From: an uncultured Alphaproteobacteria bacterium
Lineage (GTDB): Bacteria; Pseudomonadota; Alphaproteobacteria; HIMB59; GCA-002718135
Direction of reading: 5' to 3'
DNA: 64,000 nt
Assembly (NCBI GenBank): GCA_902621165.1
Contig: CACNKX010000006.1
Location: forward strand, 4,852-68,851
Shown here: positions 48,905 to 58,795 of the stretch, piece after piece
How positions within the stretch are numbered: position 1 is the stretch's first letter
How the letters are laid out: each line of letters starts with the position of its first letter
Notes under the pieces: generated by a model
Database searches by the model: none
What the model saw: only the letters and a program-made list of their open reading frames with translations
What the model was told of the DNA's origin: nothing
Translations under genes and position numbers: made by a program

Positions 48905-50083
48905 TTATCTTGAAAAATATTTTTGAACTAAGTCTACCCAAAAATTTACACCAATAGGCAATAAATTGTCATTAAAATCATATCTAGTTGTGTGAAGATG
49001 AGCACTATGTTCTTCATCTCCTTGACCAAGATAAAGATAGGAACCAGGTTTTTTTTCTAACAAATATGAAAAATCTTCTCCTCCCATTGAAGGATCAATA
49101 TCAGTAATAACTTTATCATCACCAACTAAATCTTTAGCTACATTAGCTGCGAATTTTGTTTCTTCTTTAGAATTGATTGTAGGTGGATATTTATTTACTA
49201 AATCAAAATCAATTTTAATCTCTGCACCATGTGCATCCGCGATACCCTTACATAATTCTTTTAATCTTTTTTCTATATATGCTCTAGTTTCTCTTCGAAA
49301 AGTTCTAATGGTCCCTCCCATTTTAACTTGATCGTCGATTACATTATAAGCTGTACCAGCATTAATTTTTGTAATACTTATAAGAGCTTTATCAACAGGA
49401 TCTGTGGATCTACTTATAATTGTTTGAACAGCAGAAATAACTTGTGCAGAAATTACTACAGGATCAATTGCTAGATGAGGTGATGCAGCATGGCCACCTT
49501 TTCCTTTTACAGTAATATCAAATTCATCAACTGCTGCCATCATCGGTCCACTATTTACACCAAACGTACCTAAAGGTAACTCAGGCCAATTATGAAGTGC
49601 ATAAACTTCATCAATTTTAAAATCATCAAACATACCATCTTGAATCATTTTTTCTCCTCCAGCAAAACCCTCTTCTCCTGGTTGAAAAATGAAATATACT
49701 CTTCCATTAAAATTATTATTTTCACTTAGATATTTCGCTGCCCCAAGTAACATTGTGGTATGACCATCATGGCCACAACCATGCATCATACCTTTATTTT
49801 GAGATTTATGATTAAATTCATTTTGTTCTGGCATAGGAAGAGCGTCAAAATCTGCTCTTAAACCAATTGTCTTATCATTAGTAACCTCATTACCATCTAC
49901 CCAAGCAACAACACCTGTATTAGCGTAACCATCTTTAAATTTAATATTAAATTCACTTAACTTATTTTTGATATATTTTGATGTTTCAAATTCTTGAAGG
50001 CCTATCTCAGGAATTTTATGTAAATCCTGACGCCATTCTGTCATCTGATCTTGCATTTGATTTATGCTGTTTAAAATTGGCAT
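48905..50083 (-). CDS. M20D-family amidohydrolase (N-acyl-amino-acid / hippurate hydrolase-like)
   Basis: HKIPE, MHGCGHDGH, FQPGEEG and HNWP metal-binding motifs. Confidence 0.88.
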   Translation of the reverse strand: MPILNSINQMQDQMTEWRQDLHKIPEIGLQEFETSKYIKNKLSEFNIKFKDGYANTGVVAWVDGNEVTNDKTIGLRADFDALPMPEQNEFNHKSQNKGMMHGCGHDGHTTMLLGAAKYLSENNNFNGRVYFIFQPGEEGFAGGEKMIQDGMFDDFKIDEVYALHNWPELPLGTFGVNSGPMMAAVDEFDITVKGKGGHAASPHLAIDPVVISAQVISAVQTIISRSTDPVDKALISITKINAGTAYNVIDDQVKMGGTIRTFRRETRAYIEKRLKELCKGIADAHGAEIKIDFDLVNKYPPTINSKEETKFAANVAKDLVGDDKVITDIDPSMGGEDFSYLLEKKPGSYLYLGQGDEEHSAHLHTTRYDFNDNLLPIGVNFWVDLVQKYFSR

Positions 50084-50715
50084 TATAGTATTCCGAAGAA
50101 ACCTTTTTTATTTAGTTTTTCTTCACATTGTTTTAATTGTTTATTAAACATCTTAGTATTTCTTTCTACATTTTTAGCAACATCAATCAACCAATCTTTA
50201 CTTTTAAAAGTCTCTTTCGACCATCCGTTTTGGCCTTCATGATATGCTAAATATTGATTATAGTAATCATTTTTTGAAATTCCAATCATATTTTCGGACT
50301 GCGTTGTGTACCATCCAATAAAATCAGTTACATCTTTAAAATTTGCCCTTGATGCATTTTGATTTCCAGTTTTATTCTTATACCAATCCCATGTAGGATT
50401 TGTTATTTGTGCATAACCAAAAGCAGTTGATGGTCTAGACGTTGGTATTAAACCTAAAAATTTTTTTCTTTTCGGTTTTGCAAATTGAGTAAAAGATGAT
50501 TCTTGTTTTATAACTGCCAATTGGAATGCAATTGGGGTATTCCATTTATCATAAGAATTTTTAGTTGCTTTATACCAGCTCTTCTTTTCATCAAAAATTA
50601 TGCAACTATCAGCAGTATTTGTTAACTGATTTGAAGTACATGCATATAAAAATAACAATGTAATGCACAATAATTTTAAAAAATTATCAAATTTCATTAT
50701 AAGTCTAAATAGCAT
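50083..50715 (-). CDS. Lipoprotein with lysozyme-like / SLT-type transglycosylase motifs
   Basis: Lipobox LFLYAC (the likely start is M7 at 50697). IKQESSF and FGYAQITNPTWDWY resemble an SLT catalytic Glu-Ser region. Confidence 0.55.
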   Translation of the reverse strand: MLFRLIMKFDNFLKLLCITLLFLYACTSNQLTNTADSCIIFDEKKSWYKATKNSYDKWNTPIAFQLAVIKQESSFTQFAKPKRKKFLGLIPTSRPSTAFGYAQITNPTWDWYKNKTGNQNASRANFKDVTDFIGWYTTQSENMIGISKNDYYNQYLAYHEGQNGWSKETFKSKDWLIDVAKNVERNTKMFNKQLKQCEEKLNKKGFFGIL

Positions 50716-50798
50716 AACTTTTACTTATATAGACTTAAATGTGGCAAAAAATTATTGCTTACTATTGAATTATAGATATGAATGCTTAAATTTCAAAA

Positions 50799-52658
50799 AT
50801 GGCAGAAAAAACTAAAGAAAATTTAACATTTCAAGCTGAAGTCAGTAAGCTTTTAGATCTTGTTGCTAATTCTCTTTATAGCGAAAGAGAAATATTTTTA
50901 AGAGAATTAATATCTAATTCTGCAGATGCCTGCGAAAAATTAAGATATCAATCACTCTCCAAAAAAAATCTTCTTAAAGATGAAAAGGATTTAAAAATAA
51001 ATATCAGAGTTTCAAAAAAGAAAAAAATTATTGAAATTGAAGATAATGGAATTGGAATGTCTAAAAATGAACTTATTGATAATTTAGGAACTATAGCGAG
51101 ATCCGGTACTAGTAAATTTATTGAAGCAATGAAAAATAAAAAGAGTAATGATATTTCTGCAATTGGACAGTTTGGTGTTGGTTTTTATTCCTCATATATG
51201 GTTGCGGATAATGTTGAAGTGCTTTCTAAAGATGCTGAAAATGAAGAAACAAATCTTTGGTCTTCTAATGGAAAAGAAAATTATACTATTGAAGAAGCTA
51301 AAAAAGATAAACGTGGCACCTGTATAACTCTAAATATAAAGAAAGATGCTGATGAATTTTTAGATTCATTTCGTTTGAGATCAATTATAACAAAATACTC
51401 TAATTATATTCCTTTTCCAATTTATCTTAAAGATCTTGACGATAAAGAAAAAGAAGAAAAAATAAATGAAGGTAGTCCATTATGGCTAAAAGATAAAAAA
51501 GATATAAAAGAGGAAGACTATAAGCAATTTTATAATAATATTTCATTTAACTTTGATGATCCCTTAAAAACTATTCACTATAACGCTGAGGGTGTTATTA
51601 GCTATAAGGCTTTACTGTATTTTCCTACAAATCAACCTATGGATTTATTCAATGCTGATAGGAAAAATAAAATAAAACTATATGTTCAAAAAGTTTTTAT
51701 CACTGATGACTGCGAGGACATAATCCCTAATTGGTTAAGATTTATTCCTGGAGTAGTTGACTCACAAGATATTTCTCTCAATATAAGTAGAGAAATGCTT
51801 CAAAATAATCCTATTATTACAAAAATAAAAAAAGGTATTACAAATAAAATTTTAAGTGAAATTGATAGCTTAGCTAAGAAAGAAAAGGATAAATTTGAGA
51901 CATTTTGGAATAATTTTGGTCCTGTTCTAAAAGAAGGGTTATATGAGCATAATGATCATCATGAAAAAATCCTACCGTTACTAAGGTTTGAAAATTCTTT
52001 AAATGATAAAAAAATATCTCTTGAAGAGTACACCAAATTAATGGCTAAAGATCAAAAAGAAGTTTATTATTTTGCTAATACTGATAAGGATCATATTAAA
52101 AACTCCCCTCAATTAGAAGTTTTTACTGATAAAAAGATACCAGTTTTGTTTATGGTTGATGCAGTAGATGAGTTTTGGATACAAAATGTAAATAAATTTA
52201 AAGATTTAGAATTTAAATCAATAACAAAAGGTAAGGTTGATGTTTCGAAAGTTGGTGAAAAATCAAGTAAGAAAGATGAAAACAAAAAAGAAATAGATAG
52301 TAAAATCAATGATTTAATTAACATACTTAAAACAGAGCTTAAAGAAACAATATCTGATGTTATTGTATCTAACAGATTAACCAAAAGCCCAATCCTGCTT
52401 GTTGCTGAAGAAGCTGGGATGGATATAAATATGGAAAAACTGATGAAAATGCATAATCAAAAAACCCCTGTTTCAAAAAAGATACTTGAAATTAATCCAA
52501 ACCATCCAATGATTATAAATTTATCTCAAAATTTAACAAAAATTGACCATAAAAAAGTTTCAAATTTAATTTTAGATCAAGCTAATATATTAGATGGTAA
52601 CATTCTCTCAAATCCATCTGCTTACTTAGAAAATTTAACTGAAATTTTTATTAAGTAA
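50799..52658 (+). CDS. htpG: Molecular chaperone HtpG (Hsp90)
   Basis: 619 aa. LRELISNSADA, DNGIGM and GQFGVGFYS (GHKL ATPase). Confidence 0.97.
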   Translation: MAEKTKENLTFQAEVSKLLDLVANSLYSEREIFLRELISNSADACEKLRYQSLSKKNLLKDEKDLKINIRVSKKKKIIEIEDNGIGMSKNELIDNLGTIARSGTSKFIEAMKNKKSNDISAIGQFGVGFYSSYMVADNVEVLSKDAENEETNLWSSNGKENYTIEEAKKDKRGTCITLNIKKDADEFLDSFRLRSIITKYSNYIPFPIYLKDLDDKEKEEKINEGSPLWLKDKKDIKEEDYKQFYNNISFNFDDPLKTIHYNAEGVISYKALLYFPTNQPMDLFNADRKNKIKLYVQKVFITDDCEDIIPNWLRFIPGVVDSQDISLNISREMLQNNPIITKIKKGITNKILSEIDSLAKKEKDKFETFWNNFGPVLKEGLYEHNDHHEKILPLLRFENSLNDKKISLEEYTKLMAKDQKEVYYFANTDKDHIKNSPQLEVFTDKKIPVLFMVDAVDEFWIQNVNKFKDLEFKSITKGKVDVSKVGEKSSKKDENKKEIDSKINDLINILKTELKETISDVIVSNRLTKSPILLVAEEAGMDINMEKLMKMHNQKTPVSKKILEINPNHPMIINLSQNLTKIDHKKVSNLILDQANILDGNILSNPSAYLENLTEIFIK

Positions 52659-53589
52659 CTGAATTTATAATTTTATTATTATTAAAAAATTCAACAAACT
52701 GATTGGCGACCATTTCTGCTACAACTATTTGTGCTTCATCAGTAGAAGCAGCAATATGTGGAGTTAAAATTATATTATCTAAATTATAAAACCCACTTTT
52801 TTCTAAAGGCTCATTTTTAAAAACATCTAATGCAGCGCCTTTAATATCTTTTTTTTCTAGAGCATTTTTAAGATCATCTTCATCAACTAAGTTGCCTCTA
52901 GCGGTATTGATAATGATACAATTTTTTTTCATTAGTGATAGATGATTTTTATTCATAATCGGATTACCATCTTTATTGGGTTTACAGTGAAAAGAAATTA
53001 TATCTGAATCTTTAATAATCTCATCGATAGAACAGGAATTATATTCAGGATAGCTATCCTTGACTGTTTTAAAGTATGAAGAATATATTGAAACGTTCAT
53101 TCCTAATACATTAGATATTTCTGCAACTCTTTTGCCTACATTACCAAAACCTATGATACCAATTTTCTTGCCTTTAATTTCGTTTCCTTTTAATTTCTTT
53201 TTTTCCCAAAGACCCTTATGAGTTGTCTCATTGGCAATAGTAATTTTTCTTTGTAATGCAAAAATTAAACCAATTGTGTGTTCTGCTGTAGCATTCGTAT
53301 TGCCTCCTGGAGTATTCATTACGATAATGTTTTTATTTTTAGCAGCTTCGACATCAACATTATCTACTCCTGCTCCTGCTCTACCTATAATTTTTAAATT
53401 AGAAAGAGAATCAATTAAATCTTTACGCACTTTAGTTGCAGAACGAATGATTAAACCATCATAGTTATCAATTATTTTTTTTAATTCTTCAGGAGATAAG
53501 TTTGTTTTTGTATCAACTAAAATGTTATTTTTTATTAAAATTTCAGATGCAATATTATCTAGTGAATCTGATATTAGTACTTTAGGCAT
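52651..53589 (-). CDS. serA: D-3-phosphoglycerate dehydrogenase, short form without ACT/ASB regulatory domains
   Basis: D-2-hydroxyacid dehydrogenase motifs GRAGAGVDNVD, GIIGFGNVGKRVA, ARG.LVDE, LDVF..EP, TPHIAAST. 312 aa from MPKVLISD. 8-nt overlap with serC. Confidence 0.8.
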   Translation of the reverse strand: MPKVLISDSLDNIASEILIKNNILVDTKTNLSPEELKKIIDNYDGLIIRSATKVRKDLIDSLSNLKIIGRAGAGVDNVDVEAAKNKNIIVMNTPGGNTNATAEHTIGLIFALQRKITIANETTHKGLWEKKKLKGNEIKGKKIGIIGFGNVGKRVAEISNVLGMNVSIYSSYFKTVKDSYPEYNSCSIDEIIKDSDIISFHCKPNKDGNPIMNKNHLSLMKKNCIIINTARGNLVDEDDLKNALEKKDIKGAALDVFKNEPLEKSGFYNLDNIILTPHIAASTDEAQIVVAEMVANQFVEFFNNNKIINSVT

Positions 53590-54745
53590 GTTTAGATTTA
53601 ATTTCTGAATAAGCCCAATCAATCCAAGGTAAAACTAATTCTACATCTGAAGTTTGAACCGTTCCTCCAGCCCATATTCTAAAAGAAGGTGGTGCTTTGG
53701 GATATCCATTACAATCAAATCCAACATTATTTTCAGAGAGTAATTTACATATATCAGCCATTACAGCTCTTTGACCGCTTTCATCTTTATTTGTAAACCA
53801 ATCTTCGATAATTTTAAAAGTTATTCCAGTGTTTGAGATATAATTATCATCTTTAATTTCAGATAAAAAAGAGACCCAATCTCTCTCATTAATCCATTCT
53901 CTGATTTTTTGTAAAGAATTCTGGGATTTTGAAATTAATGAATCTAACCCTCCTTGAGAAGAGACCCAATTTAATGAATCAATAATATCTTCAACACATA
54001 TCATTGACGGTGTATTTATTGTGTTTCCTTCGAATATACCTTTTATTAATTTTTGGTTTTCAGCTAATCTAAATAATTTTGGTACTGGCCAACTAGGTGT
54101 AAAACTTTCTAATCTTTCAACAACGCGAGGAGAAATTGCTATCATTCCATGAGCAGCCTCTCCTCCAAGTATTTTTTGCCAAGACCAAGTTATAACATCG
54201 CATTTATTATAATCTATAGGCATACCAAAGATTGCCGAAGTAGCATCACAAATGGTTAGGCCTTTTCTGTCATCAGGTATCCAATCTCCATTTGGAACTT
54301 TGACACCAGATGTTGTTCCATTCCAAGTAAAAATAACATCATTATCAAAATTGACTTTACTTAGGTCAGGTAGTTTCCCATAATCTTCTTCATGAATATT
54401 TAAATTATCTAATTTTAATTCGCTGATTGCATCGATTACCCAATCTTTACCAAAATTTTCCCATGCAAGAATATCAACTCCCGTTTTACCTAATAGGCAC
54501 CACATAGCTGCTTCTAAAGCCCCAGTATTTGAACCAGGCATTATACCCAATAAATAATCATCAGGTAATTTTAGAATATCCTTTGATTTATCTATCGCTT
54601 CTTTTAATCTTGCTTTACATTCAATAGATCTATGTGATCTACCAGTTAAAGCATTACTCAAAACAGATATGTCCCAGCCTGGTCTTTTTGAGGTTGGACC
54701 ACTTGAAAAATTTGGATTGTTAGGTTTTGTATTAGGTTTATTCAT
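53582..54745 (-). CDS. serC: Phosphoserine aminotransferase
   Basis: N-terminal NFSSGPTSKRPGW and WSWQKILGGE (PLP Lys). Long-form SerC, as in alphaproteobacteria and archaea. Confidence 0.88.
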   Translation of the reverse strand: MNKPNTKPNNPNFSSGPTSKRPGWDISVLSNALTGRSHRSIECKARLKEAIDKSKDILKLPDDYLLGIMPGSNTGALEAAMWCLLGKTGVDILAWENFGKDWVIDAISELKLDNLNIHEEDYGKLPDLSKVNFDNDVIFTWNGTTSGVKVPNGDWIPDDRKGLTICDATSAIFGMPIDYNKCDVITWSWQKILGGEAAHGMIAISPRVVERLESFTPSWPVPKLFRLAENQKLIKGIFEGNTINTPSMICVEDIIDSLNWVSSQGGLDSLISKSQNSLQKIREWINERDWVSFLSEIKDDNYISNTGITFKIIEDWFTNKDESGQRAVMADICKLLSENNVGFDCNGYPKAPPSFRIWAGGTVQTSDVELVLPWIDWAYSEIKSKHA

Positions 54746-55956
54746 ATACTTTTATCAAACTCATAAACTACTAAGCCATCTAAAGGTTTTGGATCAAACC
54801 ATGTTGATTTAGGAGGCATAGTCAAATTTTTATTCGCGACTGTAATAACATCACTTATTGAAGATGGGAAGATAGAAAATGCCACACTGTCATTATTTTC
54901 ATCAACTTTTTTTTCTAAAGCTTCCAAACCATGACATCCGGCAATAAATCTTATTCTTTCATCATTATTAACATCAGATATATTTAAATGTTTTTTGAAA
55001 ATAAAATTATTTAAAATATTAATATCTAGCGTATCAACAAAATTATCAGTTTTTAATTCAGTTTTAAAATACAATGAATACCATTTTTTTTCATGATACA
55101 TTCCAAATTGTTTATTAGATTGAGGTTTGAATGGATTTTTTTCTTTTTTTATTTCGAAGTTTTCAGAAAGAATGTCTAAAAAATTTTCTTCACTCAAACC
55201 ATTTAAATCTTTAACAACTCTATTATAATCAAATATTTTAGCCTCATCACTTGGAAACGCCGCTATCATAAAATCTTCTTGTAAAATATTTTTATTATAA
55301 TTTAATTCACCAATAATTTTCATTGCACCCATTCTATGATGTCCATCAGCAATATAAAAATTATCTACCTGATTTATAAACAAAGAAGATAGCTTTTTGA
55401 TGAAAGATTCATCAGAGACACACCAAAGTTTATGAATAGATTTATCAAAACTTTCAAAATCATAATCTGGAGTATTTGATATTATAGAGGATAATAAATC
55501 TTTTATCTTATTGTTTTTTTTATATACCACATAAATAGGACCAATTTGTGTTTTTATATTTAACATTTGCTCTGCTCTTTCTCTCATCCTTGTTTCATAA
55601 ATTTTTTCATGCGCTTTAATTTTTTCATCTACGAAATCTGATATTTTAGAAAGAGATAAAAAACCTAGTTGAGTATGGCCTTTAAATTCAATTTGATAAA
55701 TGTAATAAAATAATTCTTTATCTTTTTTAATTACGTCATTTTCTTTCATTTCATTAAAATGTGATTTAGCTTCTAAGAGAGTATCTGCTTCTTTTAATTG
55801 CCCAACAGGATTCAAAATTTTTAAATAATTCCAATAATTATTTTTTTTAAATATTTCTATATTTTCAATACTTAAATGATCAGTAGAGGGAGCAATTAAA
55901 TTTTTTGCATCTTCGTTGTAAGGACGTGTTCCTTTAAAAGGTTTAATTTCAACCAT
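54742..55956 (-). CDS. DUF1015-family protein (function unknown)
   Basis: 404 aa with the conserved YIADGHHR motif. 4-nt overlap with serC. Confidence 0.8.
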   Translation of the reverse strand: MVEIKPFKGTRPYNEDAKNLIAPSTDHLSIENIEIFKKNNYWNYLKILNPVGQLKEADTLLEAKSHFNEMKENDVIKKDKELFYYIYQIEFKGHTQLGFLSLSKISDFVDEKIKAHEKIYETRMRERAEQMLNIKTQIGPIYVVYKKNNKIKDLLSSIISNTPDYDFESFDKSIHKLWCVSDESFIKKLSSLFINQVDNFYIADGHHRMGAMKIIGELNYNKNILQEDFMIAAFPSDEAKIFDYNRVVKDLNGLSEENFLDILSENFEIKKEKNPFKPQSNKQFGMYHEKKWYSLYFKTELKTDNFVDTLDINILNNFIFKKHLNISDVNNDERIRFIAGCHGLEALEKKVDENNDSVAFSIFPSSISDVITVANKNLTMPPKSTWFDPKPLDGLVVYEFDKSI

Positions 55957-56002
55957 AATAAAGAAACACCTTTAATTAAATAAAAAAAAATTTAAACTTA
56001 AA

Positions 56003-57367
56003 TTACGCTACTTCTGGTATTTGAGAAATAGATTTACCTATTCCATCATCATCAATAACATCATCAGCCATTGATCCATTTAGATAATCATCATAAGCTG
56101 ACATATCAAAATATCCATGGCCACATAAATTAAAGAGAATAGTTTTTGACTCGCCTTTTTCTTTACATTCTAAAGCTGCATCAATAGCACCTTTGATTGC
56201 ATGGTTTCCTTCTGGAGCAGGAATAATTCCTTCTTGTTTTGCAAAAGTTAAACCAGCTTCAAAACAATCTTTTTGACCGTAAGCCTTTGCTCTCATCAGA
56301 CCTAACTGATATAAGTGGCTTAAATGATAAGACATGCCATGGTATCTTAATCCACCAGAGTGATTAGCCGGCGGTAAGAAATCAGATCCAAGAGTATGCA
56401 TTTTAATTAATGGAGTCATTTTTGCCATATCACCATGATCATAAGCATACTTACCCTTAGTAAATGAAGGACATGATGCAGGCTCGCAACCAATTATATC
56501 AATTTTTTGACCACCTCTTAACTGTTGTCCTAAAAATGGAAACATTAATCCAGAAAGATTACTACCACCACCTGTACAGCCAACAATGATATCAGGATAA
56601 TCTCCAGCCATCTCCATTTGCATAATAGCTTCATTACCATTTATAGTTTGATGCATTAGAACGTGGCCTAAAACACTTCCAAGTGAGTATTTTGCTTTAC
56701 CTCCACTTTTAACAGTTGCTTCTATTGCTTCTGATATAGCTATTCCCAAACTACCAGGGTTATCAGGATTTTCTGATAATAACTTGTTACCGAAGTCGGT
56801 TAAATTAGATGGACTAGCGTGACAGTTAGCACCGAACGATTGCATCATTAATTTTCTGTAAGGTTTATGATCAAAACTAACCTTAACCATGAAAACTTCT
56901 ATATCTATACCAAAGATCTGACCTGCAAAAGCTAATGAACTTCCCCACTGACCTGCGCCCGTTTCAGTAAAAATTTTACTAATTCCTTCTTCTTTATTAA
57001 AAAATGCTTGCGGAACTGCAGTATTTGGTTTGTGACTTCCTGTAGGACTAACACCTTCATATTTGTAATAAATTTTAGCTGGTGTATCTAAAAACTTTTC
57101 TAACCTTCTTGCCCTAAATAAAGGAGAAGGTCTCCATTGTTTGTATACTTCTCTTACTGGTTCAGGAATTTCTATTTCTCTTTCGGTAGAAACTTCTTGC
57201 ATAATTAAACTCATTGGAAATAAAGGAGCAAAGTCATCAGGACCAGCTGGTTGTTTAGTTCCAGGGTGTAATGGTGGTGGTGGTGGACTTGGTAAGTCTG
57301 CATTAATATTATACCAAAACTTTGGTGCTTTATTTTCTTCAAGTAAGTATTTAATTGAGTCACTCAT
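56003..57367 (-). CDS. TrpB2-type (TrpB-like) PLP-dependent tryptophan synthase beta homologue
   Basis: 454 aa, longer than TrpB1. PTGSHKPNTA (PLP Lys), GCTGGGSN and an N-terminal extension typical of TrpB2. Confidence 0.85.
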   Translation of the reverse strand: MSDSIKYLLEENKAPKFWYNINADLPSPPPPPLHPGTKQPAGPDDFAPLFPMSLIMQEVSTEREIEIPEPVREVYKQWRPSPLFRARRLEKFLDTPAKIYYKYEGVSPTGSHKPNTAVPQAFFNKEEGISKIFTETGAGQWGSSLAFAGQIFGIDIEVFMVKVSFDHKPYRKLMMQSFGANCHASPSNLTDFGNKLLSENPDNPGSLGIAISEAIEATVKSGGKAKYSLGSVLGHVLMHQTINGNEAIMQMEMAGDYPDIIVGCTGGGSNLSGLMFPFLGQQLRGGQKIDIIGCEPASCPSFTKGKYAYDHGDMAKMTPLIKMHTLGSDFLPPANHSGGLRYHGMSYHLSHLYQLGLMRAKAYGQKDCFEAGLTFAKQEGIIPAPEGNHAIKGAIDAALECKEKGESKTILFNLCGHGYFDMSAYDDYLNGSMADDVIDDDGIGKSISQIPEVA

Positions 57368-57465
57368 AATAAAAGTATATTGGACTATAAAAAATTAAAA
57401 TTCAACCATAAATGAAATACTTTAACTTCAAAAATGTGTCTATTTTTATTGCTGCTTTATTAGTA

Positions 57466-58383
57466 TTATACGTTTTTTACGGATATTTTACTCATTGATT
57501 TTTTTTGACCCACAAATAGACCAATAAAAACTAAAATAATTCCAACTACAGAACTAAATACTATTTGCTCAGAAAGGAATATGAATCCCCAAATTAAAGC
57601 AAAAACAGGTATTAAATAGGCAACATAAGATAAAAAAACCGGACCAGATTGTTTAACTATATGATAACGCATATGAAATGCGATAGCTGTTGGAAAAACA
57701 CCTAAATAAATAATTGAAAATAAAGAAATATTATTAATATTATTTTCATAATTGATAAAATCATAAAATAAAAAAGGTAATGATATTATCGCTCCAAACA
57801 ATGTAGCAAAAGTTGTAATTGAAATAGGGCTTAATTTTTTTAATTTATTATAGGCTGCAATATTTGAAATCATGTAACCAAATGCAGCTATAATCACAAA
57901 TATTTTTGCTAAAGTACTAATGTAATTTTCATCTTGAAAATTAAATCTACTTATATCTAAAATAAAAATAATACCTACAAAACCTATTATAATTGATAAA
58001 AATTTTATCCAAGTAAATTTATCGTCTGAAGTTAAAACATGGGACATTAGTAATGTTATTAAGGGACCAACAGACATTAATAAACCTGCAGTGGAAGAAG
58101 GTATGTATTGTTCAGCCCAACTAATCAGATAGAATGGTAAAAAATTTCCTGTAATTCCAATAAAAGAGAGAATTATAACTAAATCAAGATTTAATTTAGG
58201 ATGTTTGTTGTAAGAATAATATAAAATAATTAAAAAAATAGAAGCAATAATTAATCTTAAAGAAGCGATGCTTGTGGGAGTAAAACTAGATAAACAGATT
58301 TTAATAACAAAAAAAGATGATCCCCAAATAGCAGCTAAAATTATAAGGAGTATTAAATTATTTGATACTAATTTGTTTAACAA
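57466..58383 (-). CDS. DMT-superfamily (EamA-like) transporter
   Basis: 305 aa, 10 TM helices. Confidence 0.8.
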   Translation of the reverse strand: MLNKLVSNNLILLIILAAIWGSSFFVIKICLSSFTPTSIASLRLIIASIFLIILYYSYNKHPKLNLDLVIILSFIGITGNFLPFYLISWAEQYIPSSTAGLLMSVGPLITLLMSHVLTSDDKFTWIKFLSIIIGFVGIIFILDISRFNFQDENYISTLAKIFVIIAAFGYMISNIAAYNKLKKLSPISITTFATLFGAIISLPFLFYDFINYENNINNISLFSIIYLGVFPTAIAFHMRYHIVKQSGPVFLSYVAYLIPVFALIWGFIFLSEQIVFSSVVGIILVFIGLFVGQKKSMSKISVKNV

Positions 58384-58386
58384 AAA

Positions 58387-58686
58387 TTAGATTTTATTTT
58401 TTGGTTGTGGAATTTCAATATTTTCAGAAGTTTTCATAAATTCATCTCTTCTTCCATCCCAAAGATAATCTGCGTAATCAAATTCTGTAATCATTCTATC
58501 AGATCGTTCAAATGTTAAGCCGTATTTTCTACAGTAACTAGCAAACTCTTCAGCATTATCTATTGGTAAATTTTCTACAGTCCATTTTCTAGAACTTCTA
58601 TCAAATTTAAAACCATTTTTTTTGAACCAATCTCTGTGATAATAAGAATCTCTACCAAAAGCTGAAAAAGTTATTTTCTTTGACAT
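58387..58686 (-). CDS. Hypothetical protein (99 aa)
   Basis: ORF with ordinary, non-biased composition, 3 nt upstream of the DMT gene. No motif recognised. Confidence 0.5.
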   Translation of the reverse strand: MSKKITFSAFGRDSYYHRDWFKKNGFKFDRSSRKWTVENLPIDNAEEFASYCRKYGLTFERSDRMITEFDYADYLWDGRRDEFMKTSENIEIPQPKNKI

Positions 58687-58795
58687 AACGATATGCTCTC
58701 ATACATGAAAAACTTCGAAATAACAAATTTAATTTTTAAAATTAATATTATTTAAAATAGTAGAAATCTAGTACTATTTATAATAAGATAATCTT

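Noticed and set aside
50716-50798. Sigma-32 heat-shock promoter upstream of htpG.
   Set aside because: Only a loose TTG-N17/18-ATAT match is present. There is no CTTGAA or CCCCAT-like element, so it cannot be told apart from background.
13728-53622. Longer N-termini given by the ORF track for coaD (14264), ssb (17527), DMT (26325), GCH II (30469), psuG (GTG at 44739), nucleoside hydrolase (46672) and serA (53622).
   Set aside because: The extensions are not family-like and create large overlaps with neighbours. Internal ATGs reproduce canonical N-termini: [46 protein letters not shown] and MPKVLISD.
57368-57465. Riboswitch or leader RNA upstream of the TrpB2-SerA operon; also checked 39038-39094 upstream of mcl for a glycine riboswitch.
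   Set aside because: The spacers are short, almost pure A/T, and lack conserved GC-paired stems or known riboswitch core sequences.
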